NCBI GenBank assembly: GCA_009783635.1
Contig: WRDC01000001.1
Span: 1-40,397 of the forward strand
Source: Methanimicrococcus sp.
GTDB lineage: Archaea; Halobacteriota; Methanosarcinia; Methanosarcinales; Methanosarcinaceae
DNA: 40,397 nt
Reading direction: 5' to 3'
Both the position numbers and the translations under genes were made by a program. Below the pieces are notes generated by a model, which was not told the DNA's origin, did no database searches, and saw only the letters and a list, made by a program, of their open reading frames with translations. Of this stretch, positions 30,017 through 39,086 are shown piece by piece (within the stretch, counting starts at the first letter, position 1; each line of letters starts with the position of its first letter).

Positions 30017-30247
30017 TTGACAGAAAACAGTACGACCGATAATGTCAAGGAAGGAATCTCAAACATCGGCCCAACGATTCGTTCCTATTTCAGAATTTTA
30101 AAGTTAGCCCGTAAACCCTCCCGCAAGGAGTTCTTGACCATCGCGAAAGTTGCGGCGCTCGGCATTCTCGCGATCGGCATCGTCGGCTTCCTCTTCTATG
30201 TTTTGATGGACATCATTCCGCAATACTTCATTCCGCTCAGGGTGTAA
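30017..30247 (+). CDS. secE: Protein translocase SecE/Sec61-gamma
   Basis: RILKLARKPSRKEF..IAKVAALG plus TM helix; TTG start. Confidence 0.92.
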   Translation: MTENSTTDNVKEGISNIGPTIRSYFRILKLARKPSRKEFLTIAKVAALGILAIGIVGFLFYVLMDIIPQYFIPLRV

Positions 30248-30262
30248 AATCAGGTTATCGAA

Positions 30263-30733
30263 ATGTCTGAAACAGAAAATAACGGCACGATCTTTATCGT
30301 GAAAACAACGGTCAATCAGGAGAAATCCGTTGCCAAATCAATGGGATTGGTGGCTAAAAAGGAGCGCTTGGATGTCAGAGCCATTTTGGCTCCCGAAGAG
30401 CTGAAAGGTTACGTTTTTGTTGAAACGCCCCGCTCGGACATCGTTGACAGTTTGATTCTGGCGGTTCCGCACGCGAAGTCTATGCTCAAAAGCCCGTCCA
30501 CCATTGGCGAAATCGAACATTTCCTGAAGCCTAAGCCGATCTCCACCGGCATCACCGAAGGATCCATTATTGAAATCACATCCGGTCCTTTCAAAGGTGA
30601 AAAAGCCAAGGTGAAACGTATCGGCACAGGTCAGCACGATGAAATTACGGTTGAGCTGTTTGACGCCGTCGTTCCGATTCCGATCACGATTCGGGGCGAT
30701 ACCGTTCGCGTTTTGAAAAAGGAAGAAGAATAA
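30263..30733 (+). CDS. spt5: Transcription elongation factor Spt5
   Basis: KTTVNQE, LKGYVFVE, KOW GPFKGEKA, PIPIT. Confidence 0.96.
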   Translation: MSETENNGTIFIVKTTVNQEKSVAKSMGLVAKKERLDVRAILAPEELKGYVFVETPRSDIVDSLILAVPHAKSMLKSPSTIGEIEHFLKPKPISTGITEGSIIEITSGPFKGEKAKVKRIGTGQHDEITVELFDAVVPIPITIRGDTVRVLKKEEE

Positions 30734-30980
30734 GTCATCAGAATAAAATCAGAATAAGTCATCAGAATAATCTGAATATTTATTTCTTTTATTCTTCAGC
30801 TTTCTTTAAAATTAAATTCAAACGTTTTATCCCGAATTTCATGAGAAAGCTTTAAATCAATGAATTCGATTTATTAGAATCCTTCACAGGATAAATTTCT
30901 CAAAATTATCTTATTTACTTACAACTTACTTACAACTTTACAACTTATCTAACTTACAAACTTATCAATACGGTGATTTA

Positions 30981-31466
30981 ATGGCAAGTTCAGTAGACGC
31001 ATTGGTCCCCGGAGGAAAAGCAACGCCCGGTCCGCCGCTTGGTCCGGCACTCGGTCCTCTCGGTGTCAATATAAAAGAAGTTATCGATTTAATTAACGAA
31101 AAAACAAAAGACTTCAACGGTATGCAGGTTCCGGTCAAAGTGATCGTTGCCGATAACAAAAGCGTGACCGTCGAAGTCGGCACGCCGCCGACAGCGTCCC
31201 TTTTGATGAAAGAGGCGGGTATCCAGAAAGGATCCGGTAAACCCAACGCCGAAAAGGTCGGAAACATCACCGTCCAGCAGGCAGCTAAAGTGGCCCGCAT
31301 GAAGAAAGATGACATTCTTTCCTACGACTTAAAAGCCGCCATTAAAGAGGTCACCGGAACCGGTGTCAGTGTCGGCGTCACCGTCGAAGGCATGGATGTT
31401 CGCGACTTCCAAAAAGCCATTGATGCCGGTCAATTTGATGATGTGCTTGCAAATGAGGAATGGTAA
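30981..31466 (+). CDS. rpl11: 50S ribosomal protein uL11
   Basis: GGKATPGPPLGPALGPLG, GTPPT. Confidence 0.98.
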   Translation: MASSVDALVPGGKATPGPPLGPALGPLGVNIKEVIDLINEKTKDFNGMQVPVKVIVADNKSVTVEVGTPPTASLLMKEAGIQKGSGKPNAEKVGNITVQQAAKVARMKKDDILSYDLKAAIKEVTGTGVSVGVTVEGMDVRDFQKAIDAGQFDDVLANEEW

Positions 31467-31634
31467 CTGACCATTCTTTTGTTTCACATTCATTCAACAT
31501 TCATTCAACATTCATTCAGATTTATTGACATTCATTCACATTCCGGGCGGCTCAAAGCGCTCGGATTTGAATTTATCAATCAAACTTATGAAAGCGGTTT
31601 TTGACCGCTTTTATCTATCTATACATCCATAAAT

Positions 31635-31718
31635 CCGTAGAAAGCCAAAAAGGCTGCCGTGAATTCATACGCCTCTTTTTTGTATGTCGGGCGTTTAATT
31701 TTCGAGACTACGGGGAGG
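31635..31718 (+). promoter_or_regulatory. Candidate uL1 autoregulatory leader structure abutting the SD
   Basis: CCGTAG(31635-40)/CTACGG(31708-13) stem with internal hairpins; GGAGG at 31714-18. Confidence 0.5.
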
Positions 31719-31725
31719 CCTTAAA

Positions 31726-32373
31726 ATGGCAGATGTTACTATCGAAGAACTTGTAAAGAAACTATTAGAGGAGTCGCCCAAACGCAATTTTTCCGAAAGC
31801 GTTGACCTCGCGATCAATCTCAAAAACATTGACCTCAACCAACCCAAAAACAGGGTTGACGAAGAAATCGTTCTCCCGAACGGTCTCGGCAAAGAGTTGA
31901 AGGTCGGCGTTTTTGCGAAAGGCGATGTCGCGCTTCAGGCGAAGCAGGCAGGGGCAACATACGTTTTTGACGATGCGGACATTCAGGAAATGAAGGACGA
32001 CAAGGCAAAATCCAAATCTGTTGCCGACGATTGTGATTTCTTCATTGCAGAAACGCAATTCATGGCAGCGATCGGTAAGACGCTCGGTACCGTTTTGGGT
32101 CCGCGCGGTAAAATGCCGGTTCCGCTTCTTCCGGGAAAAAGCATCGGTGAAATGATCCAGTCAAAGCAGAGCGCAGTCCGTATCCGGTCCAAAGACAGAA
32201 TGACATTCCACGTCTCCGTCGGACGCCGCGATATGCCGCCCGCGAAATTGGCTCAGAATATCGAAACCGTGATTTCGCGTGTTGAGCGTGCGCTCGTCAA
32301 AGGAAAGCAGAACATCAAATCCATTTACATTACCACAACAATGGGCAAGTCCGAAAAGGTGATTATAAAATGA
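31726..32373 (+). CDS. rpl1: 50S ribosomal protein uL1
   Basis: RNFSESVDLAINLK, LGPRGKMP, TTMG. Confidence 0.98.
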   Translation: MADVTIEELVKKLLEESPKRNFSESVDLAINLKNIDLNQPKNRVDEEIVLPNGLGKELKVGVFAKGDVALQAKQAGATYVFDDADIQEMKDDKAKSKSVADDCDFFIAETQFMAAIGKTLGTVLGPRGKMPVPLLPGKSIGEMIQSKQSAVRIRSKDRMTFHVSVGRRDMPPAKLAQNIETVISRVERALVKGKQNIKSIYITTTMGKSEKVIIK

Positions 32374-33230
32374 TGACCAGCGGCGCAGAACATATCCCCA
32401 AGTGGAAGATGGATGAAGTTGAAAACATCAAAGAACTCGTCGGCAGTTACAGCATTTTCGGTGTCGTCGGGTTTGAAGGAATCTCTGCCAGCCAGATCCA
32501 GAAGATGAGACGCAACTTAAAAGACTCGGCTGTTTTAAAAGTCACCCGTAACACTTTGAATGAAAAAGCACTCGAAGAATGCGACGGCAATGTCTCCGAC
32601 ATGATTCAGTACATTGAAGGTCAGACGGCATTGATTTTTACAAACGAAAACCCGTTCAAATTATACAAAAGGCTTGAGCAAACCAAAACGCCGTCACCGA
32701 TTAAGGCCGGCGCGATCGCACCCGCGGACATCACTGTCTACAAAGGGCCGACCGCCTACCCGCCGGGCCCCTTGCTCAGTGAGTTCCAGGGCGCAGGCAT
32801 CCCGACATCGGTCGAAGGCGGTAAAATCGCCGTAAAAGAGACCAAAGTTGTCTGCAAAGCCGGTGATAAAGTTTCCCAAAAACTCGCCGTTGCTTTGAAC
32901 AAGCTCGAAATTTTCCCGCTCGAAGTCGGCCTTATTTTAAGAGCCGCTTACGAATCCGGTACGATTTATCTTCCGGATGTCTTGCATGTCGACGAAGCAC
33001 AGATTTTCAATGACATTTCAAAGGCGGCGCAAGAAGCCTTTAACTTGTCCGTGAACGCTGCTATTCCGACAAAGGACAGCATTGAAGCCCTCCTCCAAAA
33101 GGCACACACCGAAGCCGTTAACGCAGCCGTTGAAGCTGAAGTCTGTGAACCTGAGGTCATGGATAAGATTATCGCCAAGGCCAACGCTGAAGCCACATCC
33201 GTCGCAAGCACGAGCAAATTCGAATTATAA
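32370..33230 (+). CDS. rpl10: 50S ribosomal protein uL10 (P0), without acidic C-terminal tail
   Basis: HIPKWK, RNTL, NPFKLY, GPT..PPGP; ends ..STSKFEL. Confidence 0.95.
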   Translation: MMTSGAEHIPKWKMDEVENIKELVGSYSIFGVVGFEGISASQIQKMRRNLKDSAVLKVTRNTLNEKALEECDGNVSDMIQYIEGQTALIFTNENPFKLYKRLEQTKTPSPIKAGAIAPADITVYKGPTAYPPGPLLSEFQGAGIPTSVEGGKIAVKETKVVCKAGDKVSQKLAVALNKLEIFPLEVGLILRAAYESGTIYLPDVLHVDEAQIFNDISKAAQEAFNLSVNAAIPTKDSIEALLQKAHTEAVNAAVEAEVCEPEVMDKIIAKANAEATSVASTSKFEL

Positions 33231-33306
33231 ACAATCCCGTAAACAATCTCTAAACAATCCACGAATTACTTTATATGAAACGAAAATAAATCAAAGGTGA
33301 AATAAA

Positions 33307-33618
33307 ATGCAATACATCTACGCAGCACTTTTAATCTACAAGAGCGGAAAAGAAATCACAGAAGACTCGGTCAAAGCCGTCCTCACGGCCGCCGGCGCAA
33401 CCATTGACGACGCGCGCGTGAAAGCGCTCATCTCTGCCCTTGAAGGCGTCAACATTGAAGAAGCCATCGCAAAAGCAGCATTCGCAGCACCCGCAGCAGC
33501 CGCAGCAGCACCCGCGGCAGCCGCCGCAGCACCCGCAGCTGCAGCCGAACCCGAGCCTGAAGAAGAAGACCACTCCGAAGAAGAAGGCATGGCCGGTCTC
33601 GGCGCGCTCTTCGGTTAA
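33307..33618 (+). CDS. rpl12: 50S ribosomal protein P1 (aL12)
   Basis: YIYAALL, Ala-rich hinge, [13 protein letters not shown]. Confidence 0.98.
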   Translation: MQYIYAALLIYKSGKEITEDSVKAVLTAAGATIDDARVKALISALEGVNIEEAIAKAAFAAPAAAAAAPAAAAAAPAAAAEPEPEEEDHSEEEGMAGLGALFG

Positions 33619-33651
33619 TCCGATTCAAAAATGTTGTAAAGACACGCTCTT

Positions 33652-33686
33652 GACCCGCGGGAATTTCCCCGCGGGTCTTTTTTTTT
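33652..33686 (+). terminator. Hairpin plus U-tract terminator after rpl12
   Basis: GACCCGCGGG-AATTTC-CCCGCGGGTC followed by T9. Confidence 0.8.
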
Positions 33687-33697
33687 GGTTTTAGAGT

Positions 33698-33819
33698 GCT
33701 GTTCAATAACACCACGCTGTTCGATAACACCCTGTTGTTCGATAGCAACCCGCTGTTCGATAGCAATCCGCTGTTCAATAACACCCCGCTGTTCGATAGC
33801 AATCCGCTGTTCGATAACA
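33698..33819. repeat. 18-bp tandem repeat x7 (GCTGTTCRATARCAMYCC)
   Basis: CTGTT/TTGTT at 33699,33717,33735,33753,33771,33789,33807. Confidence 0.9.
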
Positions 33820-33852
33820 AACTTTATGTCTCTGTAATTTCTTTTTTCCACT

Positions 33853-34938
33853 GTGTCCAAATTCGATCCTGTCTTTATGGCCAAAAGTGTCCGGCAGATG
33901 AAAATCCGGCGCAGGCCGGTGATCATTTCTCATTCCGTCAATTCCGGCTGCAATCTTCGCTGCGTTTTTTGTGATGAATGGAAGAAAAATACGCGTACCG
34001 GCGCTGACGGCGCTGACGGCACTGACGGCGATGTTCTTGTTTCATCCGGCAAAGACCCGTCTTTTGAAGACATCTGCAAAATCATTGATTTGGCTGCTGA
34101 CTTTGGTATCGGTTCTTACAACGCTTGGTCTGCCGAGCCGCTGCTTCGCAAGGATTTGCCGATGATTATGAAATACGCCAAATCCAAAGGCATGAAGACA
34201 TTTATGATTACAAACGGCACCTTGCTTAAAAAGAGAATGAATGAGCTGAAAGACGTTGATTACCTTTCCGTTTCCGTTGACGGCCCGTCGGCGACGCGTG
34301 AAATCAGGAGAACGGATTATGAAGCAATCATTGACGGTGTCCGTTATGCTTCCGAAAGCGGTCTTTTGAATGAGCCGCTTTTGATGAATTGCGTCATCAG
34401 CTCTAAAAATACGGAGGAAGTTGCCGATTTGGCGCGTTTTGCCAAAGAGCTCGGAAACGTTAAAATGGCGGTGGAGCCGATTCATTTATTTCAAAGAATC
34501 GGTGAAACCGATTGGGATGATTTAATCATCGGCCCCGCTCAGCAAGAAGCTTTCGTTTCTTTAATGAACCAACTGATCGGAATGAAAAAAGAAGGCTATC
34601 CGATCATCAATTCAAAAACTTATCTGAAACAAATCCGCGACGGTCAAGCAATTAAAAATTGCCGCGTTGACCAAAGCATATTGGCGATCGACTCTTTGAA
34701 TCAAATGTACAATTGCCGGATATTCAATGAACCGCTCGGCAATGCCATTGAGAACTCCGTATTTGACGGCGGCGGTCAAATTATTACAAACGGCATCGCT
34801 GACGTTTGGAATAAAACAAAAGCAAAACGCAAGGAAATGATCAGAAACTGTGAAGGCTGCCGGTTTTTCGGTTACGCCGAATTAACGCTGATGAACAATT
34901 ACAACATCGAATCTTTTTACGGCTATGAATGGCTTTAA
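33853..34938 (+). CDS. Radical SAM protein with C-terminal Twitch/SPASM-like Cys cluster, function unknown
   Basis: CNLRCVFC, AEPLLRKD, TNG, VSVDG; C-terminal C..C..CEGC; GTG start. Confidence 0.88.
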   Translation: MSKFDPVFMAKSVRQMKIRRRPVIISHSVNSGCNLRCVFCDEWKKNTRTGADGADGTDGDVLVSSGKDPSFEDICKIIDLAADFGIGSYNAWSAEPLLRKDLPMIMKYAKSKGMKTFMITNGTLLKKRMNELKDVDYLSVSVDGPSATREIRRTDYEAIIDGVRYASESGLLNEPLLMNCVISSKNTEEVADLARFAKELGNVKMAVEPIHLFQRIGETDWDDLIIGPAQQEAFVSLMNQLIGMKKEGYPIINSKTYLKQIRDGQAIKNCRVDQSILAIDSLNQMYNCRIFNEPLGNAIENSVFDGGGQIITNGIADVWNKTKAKRKEMIRNCEGCRFFGYAELTLMNNYNIESFYGYEWL

Positions 34939-35376
34939 GTTTTTTTGTCGGATGAAAATGATTTTGATTTTATTTGATCGTTTCTTTTTTTGTTTCTTTG
35001 GCCGTTTTTTTTCGTTTTCCCGGTTCCTTCTTTTTTCATTTCTTTTTCATTTCTTTTTCATTTCTTTTTCATTTCTTTTTAATTTTCAGAGTCATTCTTC
35101 TGTTCTTGTTTTCATATCTTTCATATGTACTCAATTTTTCTTGTCAACAAGTCAACTTTATTTAATTTATTTAATATATCAATATCGAGTTCAACAAATA
35201 TCAAATTATCTTGATTAAAAATCAAGTCCATTTTTTGAATAGATATATATCTGAAAACGGCTTTTATTTTTTGTTTTGTGACTAAAGATAAATATTGTAT
35301 TATCTTTTCGATTCCGGTTCAATGGGCCTGAGTCGTTCGGTCTGGTTTATTTACCGTTAACGAGAGGAATAATAAT

Positions 35377-36660
35377 ATGTCAATTGTAACAGATGCAAAG
35401 AATGGTATTGTCACCGATGAAATGAGAATCGTTGCAGAAAAAGAAGATTTAGACCCTGAATTCATCAGAAGGGGCATTGCTGCCGGCAGAATTGTTATTC
35501 CGGTCAGCCCTTACAGAAAAGTCAAACTCGCCGGCATCGGTCAGGGATGCCGTACTAAAATTAACGCATCGATTGGCGTGTCTTCAGATATTATTGATCT
35601 GCAGATGGAAATCGACAAAGCCGTCGCCGCAGAAAAAGCCGGTGCGGACACTTTGATGGAACTCGGCACGGGCGGTGACTTCCTTGGGATCAGAAAAGCC
35701 ATTTGTGACTCAATCACCCTTCCGGTCGGCTCTGTTCCGCTCTATCAGGCCTTTATTCAGGCGGCCGAAAAATACGGCTCCATCGTCCACATGACAGAAG
35801 ACGAACTCTTCAAAGCGACCGAAGATCAGGCCAAAGCCGGCACTTGTTTCATGGCGATCCACACCGGTATCAACCAAATTACACTGGACAGATTGAAAAA
35901 GCACGGCAGATACGGCGGTCTTTGCTCCCGCGGCGGCGCTTTCATGAGCACTTGGATGCTCCACAATGAAAAGGAAAACCCGCTTTACGCGCAATTCGAC
36001 TACCTTTGTGAAATCTTAAAAGAACACGAAGTGACTCTTTCCACAGGAAACGGTATGCGCGCAGGCGCCGTCCACGACGCAACCGACCGCGCGCAGGTCC
36101 AGGAACTGATTATCAACTCCGAATGCGCTGAAATCGCCCACGACAAATACGACCTTCAGGTCATCGTCGAAGGCCCCGGTCATGTTCCGCTCGACCAAAT
36201 CAAAACCAACGTTCAGCTGATGAAAGTCATGAGCAACTACAAGCCGTTTTACATGCTCGGCCCGCTTGTCACAGACATTGCGCCCGGTTACGACCACATC
36301 ACAACCGCCATCGGCGCGGCAGTTTCCGCGTCTTACGGCTGTGACTTCCTCTGCTACGTGACGCCCGCCGAACATCTGGCTCTCCCCAACCTCGAAGATG
36401 TCATTACCGGCGTTAAAACCTCCAAGATTGCCGCTCATATCGGCGACATGATCCGTCTCGGCAAGAGAGATGAGGACTTGGCCATGGCCCGCGCCAGAAG
36501 AGAACTCGACTGGGAGCAGATGTACAAAATCGCAATTGATGGCGAGCACGCAAGAGCTGTCCGCAACAGCCGCGCGCCCGGCGACGAAGACGCCTGCACA
36601 ATGTGCGGTGACTTCTGCGCTTTAAAGATTGTCAACCAACACTATGATTTGGCAAAATAA
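35377..36660 (+). CDS. bzaF: ThiC-family radical SAM enzyme with BzaF-type (5-hydroxybenzimidazole synthase) signatures
   Basis: ThiC fold (EGPGH, YVTPAEH, CTMCGDFC) with NASIG, TLMEL, RYGGL, GNGMRAG, EHLALP. Confidence 0.7.
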   Translation: MSIVTDAKNGIVTDEMRIVAEKEDLDPEFIRRGIAAGRIVIPVSPYRKVKLAGIGQGCRTKINASIGVSSDIIDLQMEIDKAVAAEKAGADTLMELGTGGDFLGIRKAICDSITLPVGSVPLYQAFIQAAEKYGSIVHMTEDELFKATEDQAKAGTCFMAIHTGINQITLDRLKKHGRYGGLCSRGGAFMSTWMLHNEKENPLYAQFDYLCEILKEHEVTLSTGNGMRAGAVHDATDRAQVQELIINSECAEIAHDKYDLQVIVEGPGHVPLDQIKTNVQLMKVMSNYKPFYMLGPLVTDIAPGYDHITTAIGAAVSASYGCDFLCYVTPAEHLALPNLEDVITGVKTSKIAAHIGDMIRLGKRDEDLAMARARRELDWEQMYKIAIDGEHARAVRNSRAPGDEDACTMCGDFCALKIVNQHYDLAK

Positions 36661-37241
36661 TCCGGATATGCAAATATAACCGGATGAGTTGCCGGCCGGA
36701 AATCTTTTTCCGTCCGCAGATGCCCGTTTCCTTTGAAAAATCGAAACGGTGAAAAGCAATCTTATTGTTGGCCCTCCATACCTACCCCATATATCTGATT
36801 GGACGAGTCCGTTTCCGAAACGGATTTGTCCGGTCATAAAAACACATCCCCTATCAAAAACGAATATCGGATTGAAAAAGGGGGCACCCATTCCCCCTTC
36901 AATGATTCAATGTCCGATAACCACTATTTTCCTTCCGAGTTTTGAGCAGGTTTTTTTTCTCTCTGCTCACTTTTTTCCAATAACAGAGGCGTTTTTTTAA
37001 CCGGCCTTTTGGTTACGCGTCTTTTGGTCTTATATTTCCGGCCGAAAAGTTCGCCATACAGGCGGGGCGGGTTTGAAATTTTTGGAAACCATTCCGATCT
37101 GTCTGTTTTATACTCAAAAAAGGACGGTTTGTTGCCGGTCATTAAAAAAAGGTAAGGAAATTTAAGGGTCAAAAAATAGGAAAAAATAAAAAATGGGATA
37201 AAAAATGAAAAAAGAAATGGAAAAAATAAATAAAAAAGAAA

Positions 37242-38195
37242 TCAGAACCGGTCGTATTTCGTATTCTGCTCTCTTTTTGCCGCTTTTATCGCTCTGAGCG
37301 TTTTTCTGTGAAGTGTTGCGTTGATGTCGGCCGCAAATCCGGCAATCAGCAGAACCGCCGAAATGCCCGAAAAGAAGAAGAAAGCCGCTCCGGCCACAGA
37401 ATTATGTCCTGTCATGAACGGGTGCGCGGCGATGAACAAAAGCGCAATGAGAAATGACAGAAAACTCCAGACGCCGAAGAAGAAAATCGGATTGTACAGT
37501 CTGGAATATTTGTAAATCGCCATACTGATTTTGTATCCGTCGCGTATCGGGTGAAGTTTTGTTACGACTTTTTTGGGACGCGGCAGATAGGTAATCGGCA
37601 CTTCAATGATTTTTTGTTCTTTCATAAAACATTCGGCCGTCATTTCCGCTTCAATGGCGAAACCGTTCTGTTTTAAATCCAAAGCCTGAACGGATTCGCG
37701 CGTAAAAGCGCGGTATCCTGTACAAATGTCCCGTATGTTTGAGCGAAAAGCGCGCCGGAAGAACCAATTGATGATACGGTTTCCCGTCAGGTTCAGCGCC
37801 GTAAACGCGCCGGATGTCCGGCCGGCAAGTCTGTCGCCCGCGACATGGTCGGCTTCTCCTTTTAATACCGGATACAATAAGTTATTGATTTCTTCGGGCA
37901 GTTCCGTGCCGTCGCCGTCGATCATGACCATATATTTTTCCGTCATGGCGTCAAAAGCCTGAATCATCGCCCGGCCTTTTCCTTTGCCGCTTTGGATGAC
38001 GACGCGGGCGCCCGCCGCTTTGGCGACTTCGCGGGTTTTATCTTGGCTGTTGCCGTCATAAACAAGGATATTGTTATAGCCGACTTTTTTAAAACTTTCA
38101 ATCACGCCACCGATGGCATCTTCTTCATTCAGAACGGGAATGAAGATGCAGACATCATTTTTGTCAAAAATTAAATTGTGGTCTTCTTCGGTCAT
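37242..38195 (-). CDS. aglJ: GT2 glycosyltransferase, AglJ-like (N-glycosylation, dolichol-phosphate)
   Basis: IPVLNEE, DGNSQD, QSGKGKG, DGDGT, DICTGYRAF, FAIEAE, KLHPIRDG, two C-terminal TMs. Confidence 0.8.
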   Translation of the reverse strand: MTEEDHNLIFDKNDVCIFIPVLNEEDAIGGVIESFKKVGYNNILVYDGNSQDKTREVAKAAGARVVIQSGKGKGRAMIQAFDAMTEKYMVMIDGDGTELPEEINNLLYPVLKGEADHVAGDRLAGRTSGAFTALNLTGNRIINWFFRRAFRSNIRDICTGYRAFTRESVQALDLKQNGFAIEAEMTAECFMKEQKIIEVPITYLPRPKKVVTKLHPIRDGYKISMAIYKYSRLYNPIFFFGVWSFLSFLIALLFIAAHPFMTGHNSVAGAAFFFFSGISAVLLIAGFAADINATLHRKTLRAIKAAKREQNTKYDRF

Positions 38196-38314
38196 GGAAA
38201 TTCCTGAAATTGTTATGAAATGACGAAATTGTTATGAATGACGAACATCCGCGATGCTGTCTAAATTGTTAAAATTATTAAATAAACGTTTGTTTAAAAT
38301 GAAAAGCGTGGGAC

Positions 38315-38866
38315 TTACAAGAGTCCCATGTTGTCCAATTGCTCACGAACGACTTCAACGCCGCGCGCGCAGTCGGCGGGCGTCTTTCCGCCGGTGACGA
38401 CAAGCTTTCCTGAACTGAAAATCAAAACGACGACTTTCGGGTCGCCGATTCTGTAAACGAGTCCCGGGAACTGTTCGGGTTCGTATTCGATGTTTTCAAG
38501 ACCGAGACCGATTGCAATCGCGTTCAGATTCAACACAGCTTTCAGGTCGGCGGAAGCCACAATGTTCTGGACAACGATTTCCGGGTTTCCGATGGTTTTA
38601 ATGCCGATGCCGTTTAATTTTTTGGCCATGCTTCCGATGACGGTGTGGACATCAGACACATTTTTTGCGCCGGTACAGACAACCTTTCCGGACGTAAAAA
38701 CAAGGAAGGCGGCTTTCGGATCGGAAACTCTGTAAACGAGGCCCGGAAACTTCTGCTTGTTGTATTCGGCAGTTTGAAATTTTTCAACGATTAAGTTCAG
38801 GTCGAATTCTTCCGCCAGTTTGGTGGAAGCAACGACATTTTCAATTTTAAGATTAGAATCAGTCAT
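38315..38866 (-). CDS. tbp: TATA-box-binding protein
   Basis: Two repeats NVVAS..FPGLVYR..LVFTSGK / [22 protein letters not shown]. Confidence 0.98.
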   Translation of the reverse strand: MTDSNLKIENVVASTKLAEEFDLNLIVEKFQTAEYNKQKFPGLVYRVSDPKAAFLVFTSGKVVCTGAKNVSDVHTVIGSMAKKLNGIGIKTIGNPEIVVQNIVASADLKAVLNLNAIAIGLGLENIEYEPEQFPGLVYRIGDPKVVVLIFSSGKLVVTGGKTPADCARGVEVVREQLDNMGLL

Positions 38867-39086
38867 AAATATTACCGCTATTGGTTTATAATAAAATGTT
38901 ACCGCAATTGATTTCTGTAACCGCTACTGTTAGATTTTTATAAATGTTATAATTGACAAACGGATTCTATAAATAAATCAAAATCCGTTCAAAACTGAAA
39001 GCAAAGTTAATGCGGATGTTCATAAACGCTTATCAAGTATATAAAGAGTATATATAGAATTTATAATATGCCGGTTATTAATCCGT

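Noticed and set aside
33231-33306. Frameshifted P0 tail
   Set aside because: No + frame encodes an acidic or GLGALFG-like sequence
33615-33974. Repeat-peptide ORFs (IEQRGV / FDSNPL), and likewise 4523-4955
   Set aside because: Open frames are a by-product of repeat periods divisible by 3; no SD and they overlap real genes
36622-36837. Minus-strand small ORF MTGQIRFG.. with SD-like GGGGA
   Set aside because: Overlaps the bzaF 3' end, has no recognisable domain, and the hairpin G-U pattern favours + strand RNA
36860-36920. Cobalamin riboswitch near bzaF (minus-strand GGGAA..GGTG)
   Set aside because: Lies 3' of the gene on the wrong strand and lacks the B12-box and other conserved elements
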